From positions 76,693 to 140,692 of the forward strand of contig JARLHE010000028.1 in the NCBI GenBank assembly GCA_031292385.1: a stretch of DNA of 64,000 bases. Reading direction: 5' to 3'. The notes beneath the pieces were generated by a model. It was given only the letters and a program-made list of their open reading frames with translations. It did no database searches and was not told the origin of the DNA. How positions within the stretch are numbered: the first letter of the stretch is position 1; every line of letters begins with the position of its first letter. Positions 60,833-64,000 of the stretch are shown here, piece after piece. The translations under genes were made by a program, and so were the position numbers. The DNA is from Oligoflexia bacterium (GTDB taxonomy: Bacteria > Bdellovibrionota > UBA1018).

Positions 60833-61939
60833 ATGACTCCTCCTAAAAAAAAACCTCTGCCGCCCCCCAGCAAGGCGAAAGCTTCGCGCAAAATGGCCAA
60901 GCAGCCCGAGGTGCTTCCAGCCGAGGATCTGCATGCGGAAGACCTGAACACGGAGCAAGAGGACGAGCACACCGAGGACGCCGAAATCACCGACGAGGAG
61001 ATTTACTCACAAGTCCCGGCCGTCTCCTCCCAGCCTCCCCATCCGACTGACGCGGAACTTCCCGAGCCGCTCGACGCTGTGGCCCTGAACGGCAATGCCA
61101 TCTCGGTGCACGACCCGCTGCGCCGCTACATGGAAGAAGTGCGCCGCTATCCGCTGCTTGACCCCCACGAAGAATTCGAGCTCGCGATGAAGCTTCATCG
61201 CGACGGAGATCTCGATGCGGCAAAACGGCTGGTTCAAGCCAATCTGCGGCTCGTCGTGAAAATCGCCTTCGAGTACCGAAACATCTATTCAAACATGCTT
61301 GACCTCATCCAAGAGGGCAATGTCGGGCTCATGAAAGCCGTTTCGAAGTTCGACCCCGCCAAAGGCGCGAGAGTGGGCTATTACGCCTCGTGGTGGATTC
61401 GCTCCTACATCTTGAAATATCTCTTGGACAATTTTCGTCTCGTCAAAATCGGGACGACCCAGGCCCAAAAGAAACTCTTTTACCACCTGATGCGCGAAAA
61501 GGAGCGGCTCGAAGCCCAAGGCCTTTTGGCAGGCCCCAAGCTGCTGGCCGAAAAGCTCCATGTCCGGGAACGCGATGTGGTCGAGATGGAGCAACGACTC
61601 TCCGGCCACGGAGCGGAGCTCTCGATCGATACCCCCATCGATAGCAAAGGGGAATCAGCCGCCACCCACGGTGATTTTATGAGTGACGAGCATGAAGGCG
61701 CGGACGACCGCCTCGCCCAAAGCGAATTACTCCGTTTATTGGAGCGTCGCCTGCCTGAGTTCGAAAAGACCCTGGGAGACAAAGAACGTAGCCTGCTCAA
61801 AGACCGGCTTTTAGCGGAAGAGCCCAAAACCCTCCAGGAAGTCGCGGACCTTTATGGCCTTACCAGGGAACGGGCACGCCAAATCGAGGCGAAAGTAATC
61901 CAGAAGCTCCGGGAATTCCTCAAGAAAGATATCGAATAA
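60833..61939 (+). CDS. rpoH: RNA polymerase sigma-32 factor
   Basis: NLRLVVKIA, DLIQEGNVGLMKAV, RpoH box VKIGTTQAQKKLF, TRERARQIE. Confidence 0.9.
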   Translation: MTPPKKKPLPPPSKAKASRKMAKQPEVLPAEDLHAEDLNTEQEDEHTEDAEITDEEIYSQVPAVSSQPPHPTDAELPEPLDAVALNGNAISVHDPLRRYMEEVRRYPLLDPHEEFELAMKLHRDGDLDAAKRLVQANLRLVVKIAFEYRNIYSNMLDLIQEGNVGLMKAVSKFDPAKGARVGYYASWWIRSYILKYLLDNFRLVKIGTTQAQKKLFYHLMREKERLEAQGLLAGPKLLAEKLHVRERDVVEMEQRLSGHGAELSIDTPIDSKGESAATHGDFMSDEHEGADDRLAQSELLRLLERRLPEFEKTLGDKERSLLKDRLLAEEPKTLQEVADLYGLTRERARQIEAKVIQKLREFLKKDIE

Positions 61940-62012
61940 AACCCCCTAAATCTGCTTTACAGCGACTAGCGGACCATGTTAATTCCCCGACAAAATAAAA
62001 AAAGGGAAATCA

Positions 62013-62294
62013 ATGGCAGCAGGAAAAACCGCAGGCAGAGAGAAAAAAGCAGCAATCGTCCAGAAGTTCGCACGCGCAGCAGGCGATACGGGATCACCCG
62101 AAGTTCAGGTCGCGTTGCTCACTCGCCACATCAACGACCTCAACGAACACTTTAAGAGCCACCCCAAGGATCATCACTCCAAGCGCGGGTTGCTCGACAT
62201 GGTTGGCCAGCGCCGCCGTTTGCTGAATTACCTGAAAAAGTCCGACGACAAGCGCTACACTCAGGTCATCACCGCTCTCGAGTTGAGAAAATAA
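62013..62294 (+). CDS. rpsO: 30S ribosomal protein S15
   Basis: [33 protein letters not shown]. Confidence 0.98.
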   Translation: MAAGKTAGREKKAAIVQKFARAAGDTGSPEVQVALLTRHINDLNEHFKSHPKDHHSKRGLLDMVGQRRRLLNYLKKSDDKRYTQVITALELRK

Positions 62295-62373
62295 TTCCTC
62301 TCGCTCGTTCGTGCCCTAGTCCTTTCACGGCAATATTTCATCGGCCTCATTGGCTGATAGACAGAGGTTTATC

Positions 62374-64000
62374 ATGATCCATCGCGTATCTACTGAATTG
62401 GGCGGCAAAACGCTCACTATTGAAACCGGCAAACTTGCGAAACAAGCCGACGGCTCCGTTTTCGTCAGCTACGGCGACACCCGAGTGCTCGTCACCGTTT
62501 GCTCCTCCTCCACCCCGAAACCTGGAATCGACTTCTTCCCCCTAACGGTCGAGTTCGCGGAAAAGTTCTACGCCGCCGGTAAAATTCCTGGCAGCTTCTT
62601 GAAGCGCGAAGGCCGCCCCACCCAGGAAGCCACGCTTTCGGCCCGTCTGATCGACCGCCCGATTCGCCCGCTTTTCCCGGAAGGTTACTACTACGACACC
62701 CAGGTCGTGGTCTCGGTCATGTCGGTTGATAAAGAAGCCGACGTCGACGTCGCGGCGGCAATCGGCACTTCCGCCGCCCTTCACATTTCAGACATCCCGT
62801 TCAACGGCCCGACCGCCGGAGTTCGCATGGGTCGCATTGATGGCAAATACGTCGTCAACCCGACCTGGGAACAGATCGACAACCAAACGACCGACATGGA
62901 AATCATGATCGCCGGCACCAAGAACGCCATCATGATGATCGAAGGCGGCGCGCGCGAAGTCCCTGAAGACGACGTTCTTCAGGCCATTCTTCTCGGCCAC
63001 AAAGAGATCGGCAAACTGGTCGGCATCGTCGAAGAGCTGCGCAAACTCTGCGGCAAGCCGAAGCGTGAATTCACTCCGGCCGCCATCGACGAAACCCTGA
63101 AGTCCAAAGTCGAGAAGCTCGCGAAAGCGAAGCTCACCGAAGCGCTCCGCACGAAGGAAAAGCACAAGCGCTACGACATGGTCGACGAAGCGAAAAAGGC
63201 GACGATGGAAGCGCTCGTTCCGGCTGACCTCAAAGAAAAGAGCCCGAAAGACGCCGATAAGCTCACCACAGAAGTCAAAACCTCTTTCGAGCTTCTGCAG
63301 TATAATTTGATGCGCGAAATGATCCTCGGCGAAGGCAAGCGCATCGACGGCCGCGACATGAAGACCATCCGTCCGATCGCAGTCGAGACCGGCATTCTTC
63401 CTCGCGCTCACGGCAGCTCCTTGTTCACCCGCGGAGAAACCCAAGTTCTCGCCGCAGTCACCTTGGGCACCTCGGACGACGAACAGATCGTCGACACGAT
63501 GTACCAAAATACGATGCGCAAATTCATGCTGCACTACAATTTCCCGCCGTTCAGCGTCGGTGAAACGGGTCGCATGGGCGGTCAAAGCCGCCGCGAAATC
63601 GGGCACGGTGCCTTGGCCGAACGCTCGATCAAAGCCATGATGCCTGCTTACGAGAAATTCCCGTACACGGTTCGCATCGTTTGCGAAACCTTGGAATCGA
63701 ACGGCTCCTCTTCGATGGGCTCGGTCTGCAGCGCGTCCATGGCGCTCATGGCCGCGGGCGTTCCTTATCCGAAGCCAGTCGCCGGTATCGCGATGGGCCT
63801 GATTAAAGAAGGCGCGCGCGTCGCGATTCTTTCCGACATCCTGGGTGACGAAGATCACCTGGGCGATATGGACTTCAAAGTCGCCGGCACTCGCGACGGC
63901 GTCACCGGCATCCAAATGGATATCAAAATCGAAGGTGTCGACGAAAGCATCATGCGCACGGCCCTCAAGCAGGCGCACGAAGGCCGTCTCCACATTCTGG
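62374..64000 (+). CDS. pnp: Polyribonucleotide nucleotidyltransferase (runs off the window end)
   Basis: Manual translation from ATG 62374: [53 protein letters not shown]; follows rpsO. Confidence 0.97.
   Translation, partial: MIHRVSTELGGKTLTIETGKLAKQADGSVFVSYGDTRVLVTVCSSSTPKPGIDFFPLTVEFAEKFYAAGKIPGSFLKREGRPTQEATLSARLIDRPIRPLFPEGYYYDTQVVVSVMSVDKEADVDVAAAIGTSAALHISDIPFNGPTAGVRMGRIDGKYVVNPTWEQIDNQTTDMEIMIAGTKNAIMMIEGGAREVPEDDVLQAILLGHKEIGKLVGIVEELRKLCGKPKREFTPAAIDETLKSKVEKLAKAKLTEALRTKEKHKRYDMVDEAKKATMEALVPADLKEKSPKDADKLTTEVKTSFELLQYNLMREMILGEGKRIDGRDMKTIRPIAVETGILPRAHGSSLFTRGETQVLAAVTLGTSDDEQIVDTMYQNTMRKFMLHYNFPPFSVGETGRMGGQSRREIGHGALAERSIKAMMPAYEKFPYTVRIVCETLESNGSSSMGSVCSASMALMAAGVPYPKPVAGIAMGLIKEGARVAILSDILGDEDHLGDMDFKVAGTRDGVTGIQMDIKIEGVDESIMRTALKQAHEGRLHIL

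Overview
Core-genome window of a moderately GC-rich bacterium. Gene content and synteny (deltaproteobacterial-type T2SS with a PilM-like GspL, sucCD-ndk, carD-cysS without ispDF, maeB, rpoH) suggest Bdellovibrionota/Oligoflexia; this assignment is inference. In order it holds: a repair/housekeeping block (partial uvrC, tag, yyaL-like, uvrB, cysS, carD), an acyl-CoA dehydrogenase, a complete gspC-N type II secretion operon followed by a divergent GshB-like ATP-grasp gene, infC-rpmI-rplT-pheST-ihfA-merR, nadE, ndk, sucCD, mdh, icd, thiBPQ, nadA, an elaB/yqjE/yqjK-like triad, an MBL hydrolase, tonB, rdgB, rpmB, an orphan histidine kinase, ridA, maeB, an M16 peptidase, an ASPA-family peptidase, rpoH, rpsO and partial pnp. 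I saw no tRNA, rRNA, CRISPR array, prophage or transposase. The most notable unannotated signals are: (1) six correctly placed sigma54 (-24/-12) motifs linking the T2SS, secreted orphans, stress-type genes and a hidden 21-aa ORF upstream of carD; (2) two dispersed structured palindromic elements with the same multi-stem topology and a shared 14-mer; (3) an infC with an SD-less ATG start behind an SD-led ATT/TTG upstream ORF; (4) a stand-alone Zn-ribbon plus UvrD/PcrA-type Tudor protein divergent from uvrC. All functional interpretations are hypotheses made by eye, without database searches.
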